A stretch of DNA of 51,730 nt from a virus, in IMG/VR virus record IMGVR_UViG_3300025678_000004, positions 1 to 51,730 of that record. The stretch is one strand, 5' to 3'. The notes under the pieces are model-generated. The model saw only the letters and a program-made list of their open reading frames with translations. It did not search any database and had not been told where the DNA came from. Both the position numbers and the translations under genes were made by a program. Below are positions 42,850-51,730 of the stretch, one piece after another (position 1 is the first letter of the stretch; every line of letters begins with the position of its first letter).

Positions 42850-45398
42850 ACTAAAACATACACCCCCGTCACAGTTAAGCATTCCGCATTTCCATTTCCA
42901 CCAACATCTGTGGAAACTTCAATTGAAGCACCATATGGAACATTATAATTGGCTGTAGAAATGTCAACAACCGTGTCAACCCATGCGGAGTCGGACGTTC
43001 GTCTCCCGGCATTTGAGTTCGCCGTGCATACCGGCAACCCATTTACTAACAAATTTATTGCCGGTTGTGTAGCACCGGTATCCCCGGCATTACATACATG
43101 CGATATCTGGACCAGCTTCGCATCGCCAAGCATCCATCTAAATCGCGTTTTCATAAAATGTCGGAGCAAATTTGTTCGAGCCTCACCATTAAACACCCCA
43201 TTTATATACAAATCGACATGTGCAACCCGGCTTGCATCACACACTGCAAGTTCCTGTATCGTTCCAGACAACGGTGCTCCTGCAATTCCAATCACACTTG
43301 ACGTCAGATCACGGATTATACCATAATACCACACCCCACCAATCTTGTACTTTATCCCCATGCCTTTCTGGAGAACAGAGGTAAGATTTGCAACAGTTGT
43401 TATAGATGATGTGCTCGCAGGAGTTGCAACATACTGAACCGATGCAACCCGCAACCAATAATTCACCTGGGTCCCAGTAAACTCAAGAAACGCATTCCCC
43501 CCTGCATCCTGGGTCATATTAATATTTATTCCGCCTCCGGCAGGGGCAACAAGCTTGTTCAGAAGATAGTCCGCAGATGCATCCCCACTATATATCTTCG
43601 CTTTCCCACCAAGATCCGCCGGGGTATATATCGTCGGTTTGTTCCTGATGAATGCATCAGAATTTACATCCGTTTCATTCCAATCGGCCTGAACATTCTT
43701 TTCAGCATCAGAAGGAGCATGCTGACTCGTCGCATGATCGTATGCAAATTTCCCACGATCCCCGCGGTATGCAGTATCACTCGTCTCCCCAAGCGTTGCA
43801 GGAAACGTGTTCGGCTTGTCTATGATGTTCCCCCAGCACACCGATGAAGAACTGTTCAGGATAATATCATACGTAGTTTCATCACGCCACACAAGCCAGT
43901 CACCAGGAAGAACTCCGGTCTCACCAATATACCCGGCATGAGAAATAACATAATATTTCCCCTGCTCACCTGGAGGCAGAGGGTTTGCAGGATTATAAAG
44001 CCCGGCATATGTTAACGCCCCAACCACGCTCGAAGGGAGATAGTCAGATTTTATTTTCCCTGCAGAATCTAGAATTGAAAGCGAAAACTCGTGATTATTT
44101 AACGTGAGCCCGGTACCTGCGGTATACCCCTCAGAATCTATCTTTGCCCACACACCGCCTTTTCTGGCATAATACTCATCCGTAGCAACATCCCGCACCG
44201 CACACTGCTTTTTAATTCCAAGAACGACCGTGGGGTCATCTATAAGCCCGGACAACGCCTTATATGCATTCACGCGGCCACCGGTTGCACATTTCCCGGA
44301 CAATGCCGGGATGATATCAACACCATTCAATATCCGTGTCCGTATCTGCTGGGCTGTCAGTTCCGGGAATGCCCCTTTCAGAAGAACTGCAATTCCAGTA
44401 ACCATCGGAGCAGCCATTGACGTGCCGGACAACCACACATATGAGTTCCCGGTCAGTGTACTGCAGATATTTGTACCCGGAGCAGCTACATGAACACTCG
44501 CAGCACCATAGTTAGACTGAGCATTTAACTGATCCTTGTTATTGGTATTACAAACCGAAATGATATTATTAAATCCAAGAGATGCTGGATATACCGGGGT
44601 CGAATCATTGTTATTTGCATCATTTCCTGCAGCACACACAAACAGCACCCCAGGCATACTCGCAATCTTATCGGCAACCGCCTGAGAGAACGAATAACTC
44701 CCAAACGACATATTAACAATATGACACCCCATCATCTCAGCATGGTCAAGCCCATACAGCACAGAGGTATCTGTTGCCTGCATACTTGACCCAAGCGATT
44801 TTATCGGGTATATCCGGCATGACCATGCAACACCACATACTCCCTGCCCATTATTCCCTTTCGCTCCAATTATCCCTGCAACATGCGTCCCGTGATCCCC
44901 ATCATCCATCGGATCAGAATCCATGTTGTAAAAATCAAATCCATCCGCTTTTTTACAGTTATCAGACAAATCCGGATGATTATAATCAACCCCGGTATCA
45001 ATAACCCCAACCTTTACCGACGTGCTCCCAATCGGCTTTCCAGCCTCATACAGCAACCGCCATGCATACGGTGCACCAATATCTGCTCCGGCAGTCCCTC
45101 CGTTCTGCCCCTGGTTAAAGAGCCCCCACTGGTTCCCGGCCTGATAATACGGGTCATTCGGGTGGTATGGCGTCGGTAAAAACCCGGTATAAATGTGGTC
45201 GGGTTGTGCAAACTCAACCAGCCCCGATTTATTCAGGGCGTCAACCTCATCAAGTACAGGAGAATCCTCAAAGGAGATTACAGTAATATCTCCTATTGCA
45301 TCTACAATTTCCGCTCCAGCCACAACCGCACGGATATCATCTATAGACACCCCGGGCTTCAGTTTTGCAAGGAGCCTTCCTTCAACATATTCTGCCAT
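42846..45398 (-). CDS. Subtilisin-like (S8) serine protease fused to tail-fibre modules
   Basis: It has an I9-like propeptide at the N-terminus and the catalytic triad blocks VGVIDTGVDYNHPDL (Asp), DHGTHVAGIIGA (His) and SGTSMAAPMVTGIAVLL (Ser). The C-terminal ~450 aa carry fibre-type motifs (WGNIIDKPNTFPATLGETSDTAY, NSDAFIRNKPTIYT). Confidence 0.85.
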   Translation of the reverse strand: MAEYVEGRLLAKLKPGVSIDDIRAVVAGAEIVDAIGDITVISFEDSPVLDEVDALNKSGLVEFAQPDHIYTGFLPTPYHPNDPYYQAGNQWGLFNQGQNGGTAGADIGAPYAWRLLYEAGKPIGSTSVKVGVIDTGVDYNHPDLSDNCKKADGFDFYNMDSDPMDDGDHGTHVAGIIGAKGNNGQGVCGVAWSCRIYPIKSLGSSMQATDTSVLYGLDHAEMMGCHIVNMSFGSYSFSQAVADKIASMPGVLFVCAAGNDANNNDSTPVYPASLGFNNIISVCNTNNKDQLNAQSNYGAASVHVAAPGTNICSTLTGNSYVWLSGTSMAAPMVTGIAVLLKGAFPELTAQQIRTRILNGVDIIPALSGKCATGGRVNAYKALSGLIDDPTVVLGIKKQCAVRDVATDEYYARKGGVWAKIDSEGYTAGTGLTLNNHEFSLSILDSAGKIKSDYLPSSVVGALTYAGLYNPANPLPPGEQGKYYVISHAGYIGETGVLPGDWLVWRDETTYDIILNSSSSVCWGNIIDKPNTFPATLGETSDTAYRGDRGKFAYDHATSQHAPSDAEKNVQADWNETDVNSDAFIRNKPTIYTPADLGGKAKIYSGDASADYLLNKLVAPAGGGININMTQDAGGNAFLEFTGTQVNYWLRVASVQYVATPASTSSITTVANLTSVLQKGMGIKYKIGGVWYYGIIRDLTSSVIGIAGAPLSGTIQELAVCDASRVAHVDLYINGVFNGEARTNLLRHFMKTRFRWMLGDAKLVQISHVCNAGDTGATQPAINLLVNGLPVCTANSNAGRRTSDSAWVDTVVDISTANYNVPYGASIEVSTDVGGNGNAECLTVTGVYVLV

Positions 45399-48300
45399 TT
45401 ACAGCACCACCTGCATCTCAATGGTTCCAATAGACTGCACTACCTGGAACTCAACATTTTCTTTTACACACACAAGCAACACCGAATCCCTGTAATGACT
45501 CGACTGAATAAATCCGTCCGTTCCGGTCTGAGTAACACGATCCGAAAATACTATTTTCTGTCCTGACCGCTGGGCAATCTTCCACCCGCCTGCTCCAACA
45601 CCAACAACTTCGATCTTCTTTCCGATCTCACACGTTTCCGGAAGTGTCAGAACAATCCTGGACTGGCTGTCTGCAATATAATGCTCATTCCCCACAGCAT
45701 CCTGTGACTGGGTTATTGTCTTCCATATCTCCACATTTTCATGAATATCAGGGACCGACCAATCAAGTTCCTGCCACCCGTCATACGAATACTTCCAATG
45801 AGTCCCGGTTGACAGAACATATGCAATCGCACCAATCGGAGCATACTCAAAGAACCATACCCCTACAGACGCCCCTTCAGGAAGGATATACGTTGCAATC
45901 TGTTCTGCATGACCTTCAAACGGACCATACGGCTGAGTCCCCACAATAAACCGGTGCTCATAATCATAGTTTACAGGCGGAGTATTCGCAATTGCAATTA
46001 CCGGAGACTGCCACGACCCGTCCCCGATACCGGCAGGACCTCTCGGACCGGTTTCCCCCTGCGGGCCCTGTGGGCCTGGCTCCCCGCGTTCTCCCTGCAA
46101 CCCGCGTAATCCACGCGGACCCTGTATTCCCTGGGGCCCCTGCGGGCCCTGCGGGCCGGGAGGCCCTACAATCGGACCCACATCAACCCATGCAGAATCT
46201 ATGTAAACATAACAGTCTCCATCAGATTCGCAATAATACCCATCATATTCATTCGCAGTGGATGGAAGATCTGCTGGTGTAGCAACCCGGCCTTTCATCA
46301 CGATATTTGTACCAGGAGCACCAGGAGGCCCCTGTATTCCCTGCGGGCCCGGGGGACCTTGTGCACCATCCTCACCATCTGCCCCGTTTTCTCCCGGGTC
46401 TCCTTTATCCCCTTTCGGACCGGTTACAACCGCGGTTTTATTCACCCACGTTGTACCATCCCACATCTCAAACACGCCATTCGTAGATATGAGCGTCCCT
46501 TTTACCTTTTCATCCGGATGGGACACAAAATACGAATCCCGCTGGGCAGATGAAACAAAATAATGGGAATCCTGAATCATAAACGATGCCGCAACATTAT
46601 CATCGTTTACAAATGCGTTCCGCGATTCATCCCACACCAATATCTGACCTTCTTTCGGGCTTGCAACTTCAAACCCTCCAAGCAGCATGGCATCATGCCC
46701 ATGCGACGCAACGGCAAACTCACTCGCATGTTTTCCATCAAGCAAATCGGCATTCAGATTGTCAACCTTATTTGGAGAAGTGACATTAAACGGAACATCT
46801 CCTGAAGAAAACGTATGAATTGCAGAGATCGTTCTCGGAACCGATATATGCACATACTGTAAATGATCATCCGCAGAGAGCCCCTGGAGCGATTCGTGGG
46901 ACGTTGTGCTTGGAAGTTTGTTCCATCCTCCGTCAGCATACAGATATGTTGCATTCTCATCAGTAACAACAACAACCCATCCGTTCTCCGGCGTATCCAT
47001 ATCCCATCCATATCCATCCCATGTTGCAATCTCGGATGTGGTAGTCAGAATATGGCGGTCGCCGGTATCCGGAGACGCCGGAAGGATATCAACAAAGCTT
47101 ATTACCGCTTGTTTCCAGACAATCCCACTGCTCATCACAGTTGTCAGATATCCAAGTGTAACCGGATCGGAATCAGTAAGCGGAGTTGGTAAATTGTATA
47201 TCCTGGACCCCTGCATGTTTATGGGGCCATTCATAACTCCTCCGGCACGTTTCAGATACCATTCATCGTGTGTATGCGGGAGTCCGTTAATATTATATGT
47301 CCCCCCAAGCGGGAGATCAATCACACCTGCAATAATCCCATTCGGGCACCGCACAACCCCGTCTTTATAGATATACAGTGCTTCTGTCTGTGTAAGCGTC
47401 CCCCGTCCTTTTACAACAAGAGCAACCCGTGGATCGGGCGACGTAGTTCCATAATCCCAATCAGAACCATGTCCCTCGATAATAAGGCCCCCACCAAACT
47501 CACTCGCAACAACATTCTTGTACAGATTTGCAACAAAGCCTATAGATGTCTGGTTAAACCCAGAATATCCCGAATATTTACTTAAGTCCAGAATTCCTGC
47601 ATGAACACTGCAATCGAGGTTCCCATACGTCTTTATCTTGAAATCCCCATACCGCTCATGTGGGGAGTGTCTCACAAACAACCCTTCAGGTACAAACGCA
47701 TCCTTATCTGCATTTTTCAGCCAAGCCCCGTTTGAATCGTTCCATGCAGCAAGACAGTTCCGGGTAACCGGAGTAACCGGATTTATAGACCCGGACCCAC
47801 CTCCACCAGACCCCCCATTAATCAGGAAACAGTTTTCAAACGGTTGTGGTGTTGCAGGATCAACGCCAAGCCGCAACTGCCGGAGCGTTGCGTTCCATAC
47901 AAACTCCCCGTCATTAAATTTCTGATTAAGCAGCCCTGCCGCATTCCCCCGCTTTATACGGAACAGATTCACCGTTTCATAAACCGATCTGAACGTTGCA
48001 ACAACATCAACATCCTCATTTATGAACGGATAATCAATTGCTACCGGCCCGTCTTCAGGAGGTTCTATCTCTTCTCCATTTATGTACAGCGTGTCAATTA
48101 CATATCCCTCATCAGGAATTACGTGCAGCGTTGTCCGATCTCCCTGCAAAAAATCACCATATTCAGGATCTTCAGCAGGGGACACATACGCTCCTCCATG
48201 CTCGCCAACCCCCGAAAAATCAAATGTATATGTCTGATGCGGGCCTGCACCAAAATCAACATATACATTCAAATCCGAGTTTATGTTACTTATCAAATGC

Positions 48301-48587
48301 CCGCCTATCCCACCGGAAGGGTTTGAACCAAACGCCGATTCCGAATATATTGTGGATTCGCCTGTAGAAATATTCTCAACGGTTATTGATTTTGTACGAA
48401 ACCCGTTCGGAAGATCATATCCTCCAGAAGAAAAAGCAGCCCGACTCGGGCGGGATTTAATATATAAATTCCCGCCCGGGGAAACAAGAACCTCCCCCTC
48501 ATTATCAACAAAATTTACTGTGTTGCACACCTCACAATTATTTCCAAACACATCGCGTGTCCGTTTAATTATGTTTACCTTATACAT
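45399..48587 (-). CDS. Tail fibre with two collagen-like Gly-X-Y segments
   Basis: 1062 aa. [37 protein letters not shown] is encoded at 46311-46421, and [46 protein letters not shown] at 46029-46166. Fibre motifs are also present ([44 protein letters not shown]). Confidence 0.85.
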   Translation of the reverse strand: MYKVNIIKRTRDVFGNNCEVCNTVNFVDNEGEVLVSPGGNLYIKSRPSRAAFSSGGYDLPNGFRTKSITVENISTGESTIYSESAFGSNPSGGIGGHLISNINSDLNVYVDFGAGPHQTYTFDFSGVGEHGGAYVSPAEDPEYGDFLQGDRTTLHVIPDEGYVIDTLYINGEEIEPPEDGPVAIDYPFINEDVDVVATFRSVYETVNLFRIKRGNAAGLLNQKFNDGEFVWNATLRQLRLGVDPATPQPFENCFLINGGSGGGGSGSINPVTPVTRNCLAAWNDSNGAWLKNADKDAFVPEGLFVRHSPHERYGDFKIKTYGNLDCSVHAGILDLSKYSGYSGFNQTSIGFVANLYKNVVASEFGGGLIIEGHGSDWDYGTTSPDPRVALVVKGRGTLTQTEALYIYKDGVVRCPNGIIAGVIDLPLGGTYNINGLPHTHDEWYLKRAGGVMNGPINMQGSRIYNLPTPLTDSDPVTLGYLTTVMSSGIVWKQAVISFVDILPASPDTGDRHILTTTSEIATWDGYGWDMDTPENGWVVVVTDENATYLYADGGWNKLPSTTSHESLQGLSADDHLQYVHISVPRTISAIHTFSSGDVPFNVTSPNKVDNLNADLLDGKHASEFAVASHGHDAMLLGGFEVASPKEGQILVWDESRNAFVNDDNVAASFMIQDSHYFVSSAQRDSYFVSHPDEKVKGTLISTNGVFEMWDGTTWVNKTAVVTGPKGDKGDPGENGADGEDGAQGPPGPQGIQGPPGAPGTNIVMKGRVATPADLPSTANEYDGYYCESDGDCYVYIDSAWVDVGPIVGPPGPQGPQGPQGIQGPRGLRGLQGERGEPGPQGPQGETGPRGPAGIGDGSWQSPVIAIANTPPVNYDYEHRFIVGTQPYGPFEGHAEQIATYILPEGASVGVWFFEYAPIGAIAYVLSTGTHWKYSYDGWQELDWSVPDIHENVEIWKTITQSQDAVGNEHYIADSQSRIVLTLPETCEIGKKIEVVGVGAGGWKIAQRSGQKIVFSDRVTQTGTDGFIQSSHYRDSVLLVCVKENVEFQVVQSIGTIEMQVVL

Positions 48588-48591
48588 ACAA

Positions 48592-48996
48592 TCACGCTAT
48601 ATCCAAATTCACCGGGCAGAATATTCCACCTTTTGATATAATCAAAAACACATTCTGTCGTATTAACGTTTCCCCATTTCTTGCAAATCTGGCACAATCA
48701 ACATATTTTACAATCCCAGAGTTCCCTTTCCATAAATATGTAACATCATAAATCCCGCTTCTCCCACTCCATGTATAAATCCTGTTATTTCCGGCATTCA
48801 ATGAGTATGTCCCGCTCCCGGAATCAACTTTCGCAATAGAATTGGAAACCCGTGTAAGATATACACGGGCACCATCACTGTCATCCCATTCAAACTCGTG
48901 TGATGCCGGGCCGGATTCATAAAACGGAACTCCAAATGCCCCGACAGATACCGGCGGGCCTTCAAAAAGCAACCGGATTACTCTTACATACTCCAT
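48592..48996 (-). CDS. Hypothetical virion-associated protein
   Basis: 134 aa, beta-rich, inside the fibre run. Confidence 0.45.
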   Translation of the reverse strand: MEYVRVIRLLFEGPPVSVGAFGVPFYESGPASHEFEWDDSDGARVYLTRVSNSIAKVDSGSGTYSLNAGNNRIYTWSGRSGIYDVTYLWKGNSGIVKYVDCARFARNGETLIRQNVFLIISKGGIFCPVNLDIA

Positions 48997-49658
48997 ACTG
49001 CCTCCTTAAAATATACCCTCACACGGGCATCATCAAACGGTGTCAGATATTTTAACTTCAATCTACGCGGGGGAGAACTAATCTGACTCGGATATGCAAC
49101 CCCATTTTCATTATATATAACTCCTTCAAACTCAACTCTGTCAATATCAGCGCCAATATACGGATATATTTCCAAATTGACAACATCCCCGGCATACAGC
49201 GGAATATTGCGGGTTATAGGAGACACAAGCCCCATAAACCCGCACTGAACGGGGATGCACTTTAAAATCTCAAACTCGTCCTGCGTATTGATTATAGGAC
49301 TAAAAATAAGATCCTTCACCCAAATCTTATGTAATTCAAATGCCTGATACAAAAACCCGATCACAATCGGAGTTTCAATCGGTTTCGGAATCCTGACCCG
49401 ATACTCAAGAAACTCCATTACCTGCGTCGGCGTTGGTTTTGACGGAAGTAACTTTGTCTGACCGTTATACTGAACATATATATATGTCACCCTGCTATGC
49501 CAGTCCGACAACTCCTGCATAACCTTAAAAGAAAAATACCCATGATTTTCAATCCCAGGGCCATTTATAACAATTTCATGTGAAATATAATCCGGTCCAA
49601 ATTCGATCTCAGCCATAGGCAGATAATTTTCTCCAGGTATATATGGTCCATTAATCAT
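48984..49658 (-). CDS. Hypothetical virion-associated protein
   Basis: 224 aa starting 3 nt after the stop of the 931-aa gene. Confidence 0.45.
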   Translation of the reverse strand: MINGPYIPGENYLPMAEIEFGPDYISHEIVINGPGIENHGYFSFKVMQELSDWHSRVTYIYVQYNGQTKLLPSKPTPTQVMEFLEYRVRIPKPIETPIVIGFLYQAFELHKIWVKDLIFSPIINTQDEFEILKCIPVQCGFMGLVSPITRNIPLYAGDVVNLEIYPYIGADIDRVEFEGVIYNENGVAYPSQISSPPRRLKLKYLTPFDDARVRVYFKEAVWSM

Positions 49659-49661
49659 AGT

Positions 49662-51730
49662 TCACCCACTAAACACGCTAGGAACCGCAGGCATACATGA
49701 AACTTTCACATATACCGCATACCGGTTTACACCAGGTATCCGCTCAAACGCTTTTACAGTCCCTCCAAAAATCCGCATTCCTCCAACAGTATAATCAACT
49801 ATAAACTTAAACACAGAATAATGAGAAATTTCAACCGTATACGTAACATGTCCAAACCGATCAAATTTCAATACAGTATCAATACCCATCTGAACACATG
49901 AAACATTTACCTCAACCCCTTCATATCCACGCATATTTGGAGTAATACCCCCCCATGCAATAATATCAATATATATTCGCTGAGATGTATCCGGATTCAG
50001 TGATTCCAGTGTAACCACATATGTCGGTGTTGTTCCTGCAATAGAATCCACAAACACCATTTTTGTTTTATACCCGTCACAGCTCACAACACATTCATAT
50101 ATCCCAAACAAAAGAGTCCAGAATGTATACTCACCATATTTTGTGGATTCCCCAATTTTAACTGCTACAGGCGATTTATTATTCTCATCAGTAACAACAC
50201 GGATATAAAAGTTCCCATACATATTCGGGTCATAAATAGGCACCGAATCCCCCCATTTCCCAAGCAACACAATAACCGCATTCGGCTTTATCGACCCAAA
50301 TGTAAATGTTATTTCCCTGTTTACACGATCGATAGTCGCGTCGCCGGTGGAAACCCCCACCCCGGTAACCGGATCATATGCAAGAAGACCTATCGGATCG
50401 TTTGCAGTAACTGACACGTTTTCGCGGACAATGCCTTTAAGATCATATCGTATCGTCCCAACGCTATCGCGTTTTCCATGCGCAGAACCAGGAATATGAT
50501 ACAATCCCTCCAGATACTTACTTCCCCCAACACTAATAATCCCACCCTGACTCTTAAACGAATATGTCACATATTCATCCTCTTCTTCCGGTGGAGGAAT
50601 TGGCCCCGGGTCTGGCGGATCAACCGGAACCACAGGCGGGGGAGAAACCTCATTATCATCAAAATACGCAGGAGTAATTGTAAAATAACATGGATCAACT
50701 AATATAGGAAGTCCTGGGCCTGGGGTTGGGTTTGGAACTGGATTCGGGGTAGGGTTCGGTTTTGGAATCTTTGGTATTTTTGGCGGGGGGATCGATTCTT
50801 CTTCCTTCTCCTCCTCCTCTTCTTCCTTTACTTCCGGCTCAATATTATTTAAAAACTCAAACACAGCAACGCCATAATTAATTCCATTCCCCTTAGAAAC
50901 CGGCCCTCCTTCATGCTGCCACGACCCCTTAATATACTTAAACACAAACAGCGCCGCCTTACGAAGCGGGTCCTGTTCTATCTTTTTCTGAATTTCTTCA
51001 ACCGCCACTTCAACATCAATCCACCCCCTGGCGGTCTTAACCATATATTTCCCATATTTTGCATCCTCAACATACCGCTCAACAATCCTGCCTCCAACAA
51101 CCTCAATCTCCCGGCGTAAAAACCCGGACATTTTAACCGTAGCAGGGATCTTCGTAATTCCTTTTGCCCCACCACTCCCAAGCGTCAGTTCAATCACATC
51201 AAGCATTGTCCCGATAGCCCCGCGGGCACGTTGCAAAGACCCGGTTACAACACTGTTTAACGCAACCACCCCCATCATTCCAAATTCCCCACCAACAGAA
51301 TACCCCATATACATCAGTTCTGTCGGAAGCCCGTGAATTTTTACATACCCTTCAGTACCATCATCTGCACGGGCTTCAGACACAATGTACAAATCATAAT
51401 CATTCTCAACCGATTCTGTTAAATAAACATCACACTCGCGAGATTCGCGTGCAACAACTGTAACAGCACCAGAACCACAATACCACACAGATCCAAACTT
51501 TGCATACCCCCAAACACAACACTGGGAACCTGCCGCGAACATCGCACTGCACGGGCTCACGGTCATGTACATCCCCCCATCCGTGCGATATCCAACAAAC
51601 ATTATGCGAATACCTTCAACGTAACTTCCATCAGGAGCAAACGTACGAATTTTAACATATCCGTATTCCTGAACATACGGCCCAGGTTCAAGCACATACG
51701 GCTGAACCATTATATCTGCAAAAACCTCAC
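49662..51730 (-). CDS. 3' portion of the junction-spanning 931-aa gene (continues from 854..1)
   Basis: The ORF is open to the window end. The tracked Met at 51710 is internal (residue 250 of the full protein). It contains a poly-Glu plus Pro-rich linker: EEEEEKEEESIPPPKIPKIPKPNPTPNPVPNPTPGPGLP. Confidence 0.8.
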   Translation of the reverse strand, partial: EVFADIMVQPYVLEPGPYVQEYGYVKIRTFAPDGSYVEGIRIMFVGYRTDGGMYMTVSPCSAMFAAGSQCCVWGYAKFGSVWYCGSGAVTVVARESRECDVYLTESVENDYDLYIVSEARADDGTEGYVKIHGLPTELMYMGYSVGGEFGMMGVVALNSVVTGSLQRARGAIGTMLDVIELTLGSGGAKGITKIPATVKMSGFLRREIEVVGGRIVERYVEDAKYGKYMVKTARGWIDVEVAVEEIQKKIEQDPLRKAALFVFKYIKGSWQHEGGPVSKGNGINYGVAVFEFLNNIEPEVKEEEEEEKEEESIPPPKIPKIPKPNPTPNPVPNPTPGPGLPILVDPCYFTITPAYFDDNEVSPPPVVPVDPPDPGPIPPPEEEDEYVTYSFKSQGGIISVGGSKYLEGLYHIPGSAHGKRDSVGTIRYDLKGIVRENVSVTANDPIGLLAYDPVTGVGVSTGDATIDRVNREITFTFGSIKPNAVIVLLGKWGDSVPIYDPNMYGNFYIRVVTDENNKSPVAVKIGESTKYGEYTFWTLLFGIYECVVSCDGYKTKMVFVDSIAGTTPTYVVTLESLNPDTSQRIYIDIIAWGGITPNMRGYEGVEVNVSCVQMGIDTVLKFDRFGHVTYTVEISHYSVFKFIVDYTVGGMRIFGGTVKAFERIPGVNRYAVYVKVSCMPAVPSVFSG
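51604..51730. repeat. Terminal direct repeat, right copy (identical to 1..127)
   Basis: Same as the left copy. The unique genome length is therefore 51,603 bp. Confidence 0.95.

Noticed and set aside
42846-48587. Diversity-generating retroelement targeting the fibre genes
   Set aside because: No reverse transcriptase-like ORF exists on either strand, and I saw no template/variable repeat pair with adenine-specific differences.
19007-51730. Strong C-rich/G-poor plus strand over the minus-coded arm as a replication skew signal
   Set aside because: The asymmetry flips exactly with gene orientation. It is explained by purine-rich coding strands, so it cannot be used by eye to locate an origin or terminus.

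Overview
The window looks like the complete genome (about 51,603 bp unique) of a head-tailed archaeal virus with a long non-contractile tail and an HK97-type head module. The first 127 nt are identical to the last 127 nt, so the contig closes on itself, and one 931-codon gene is split by the linearisation point. The genome has two arms. (i) A plus-strand early/replication arm (about 9.6-19.0 kb) holds many tiny overlapping zinc-ribbon ORFs, a DUF2637-like membrane protein, a DUF932-like protein, an MCM helicase, TRASH/FCS zinc fingers, HicB-like proteins and a DUF1064-type resolvase-like nuclease. (ii) A minus-strand morphogenesis arm covers the rest and wraps through the junction. Read in the direction of transcription it runs: RHH regulator, small Zn proteins, exostosin-like glycosyltransferase, putative small terminase, TerL, portal, an ~11-kb fibre/adhesin run, protease-scaffold, major capsid protein, a membrane/secreted-protein cassette, connectors, two paralogous tube genes, chaperone, a 2151-aa tape-measure protein, and distal tail/receptor-binding proteins. 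The fibre/adhesin run includes a subtilisin(S8)-fibre fusion and a collagen-repeat fibre. Two counter-oriented plus-strand inserts sit inside the minus arm: an archaeal histone-fold gene and a GT2 glycosyltransferase. An archaeal host (probably a histone-bearing euryarchaeon such as a methanogen) is inferred from MCM, the histone fold, TRASH fingers, TATA-like boxes about 25-30 nt upstream of starts, and GGAGG/GGTGA Shine-Dalgarno motifs. This host assignment is inference only. I found no rRNA, tRNA, CRISPR array, integrase, DNA polymerase, primase or reverse transcriptase. The most unusual items are: the tape-measure ORF carrying a SLOG-like module plus a complete RecB/Cas4-type PD-(D/E)xK motif set; the virus-encoded histone as an autonomous cassette; the S8 protease fused to fibre modules; a dense iteron/palindrome field just downstream of the MCM operon, with operator-like palindromes shared by two intergenic regions; and a holin-like/secreted cassette inside the structural module. 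All family assignments come from motif recognition by eye. No database search was run, so novelty is unverified.
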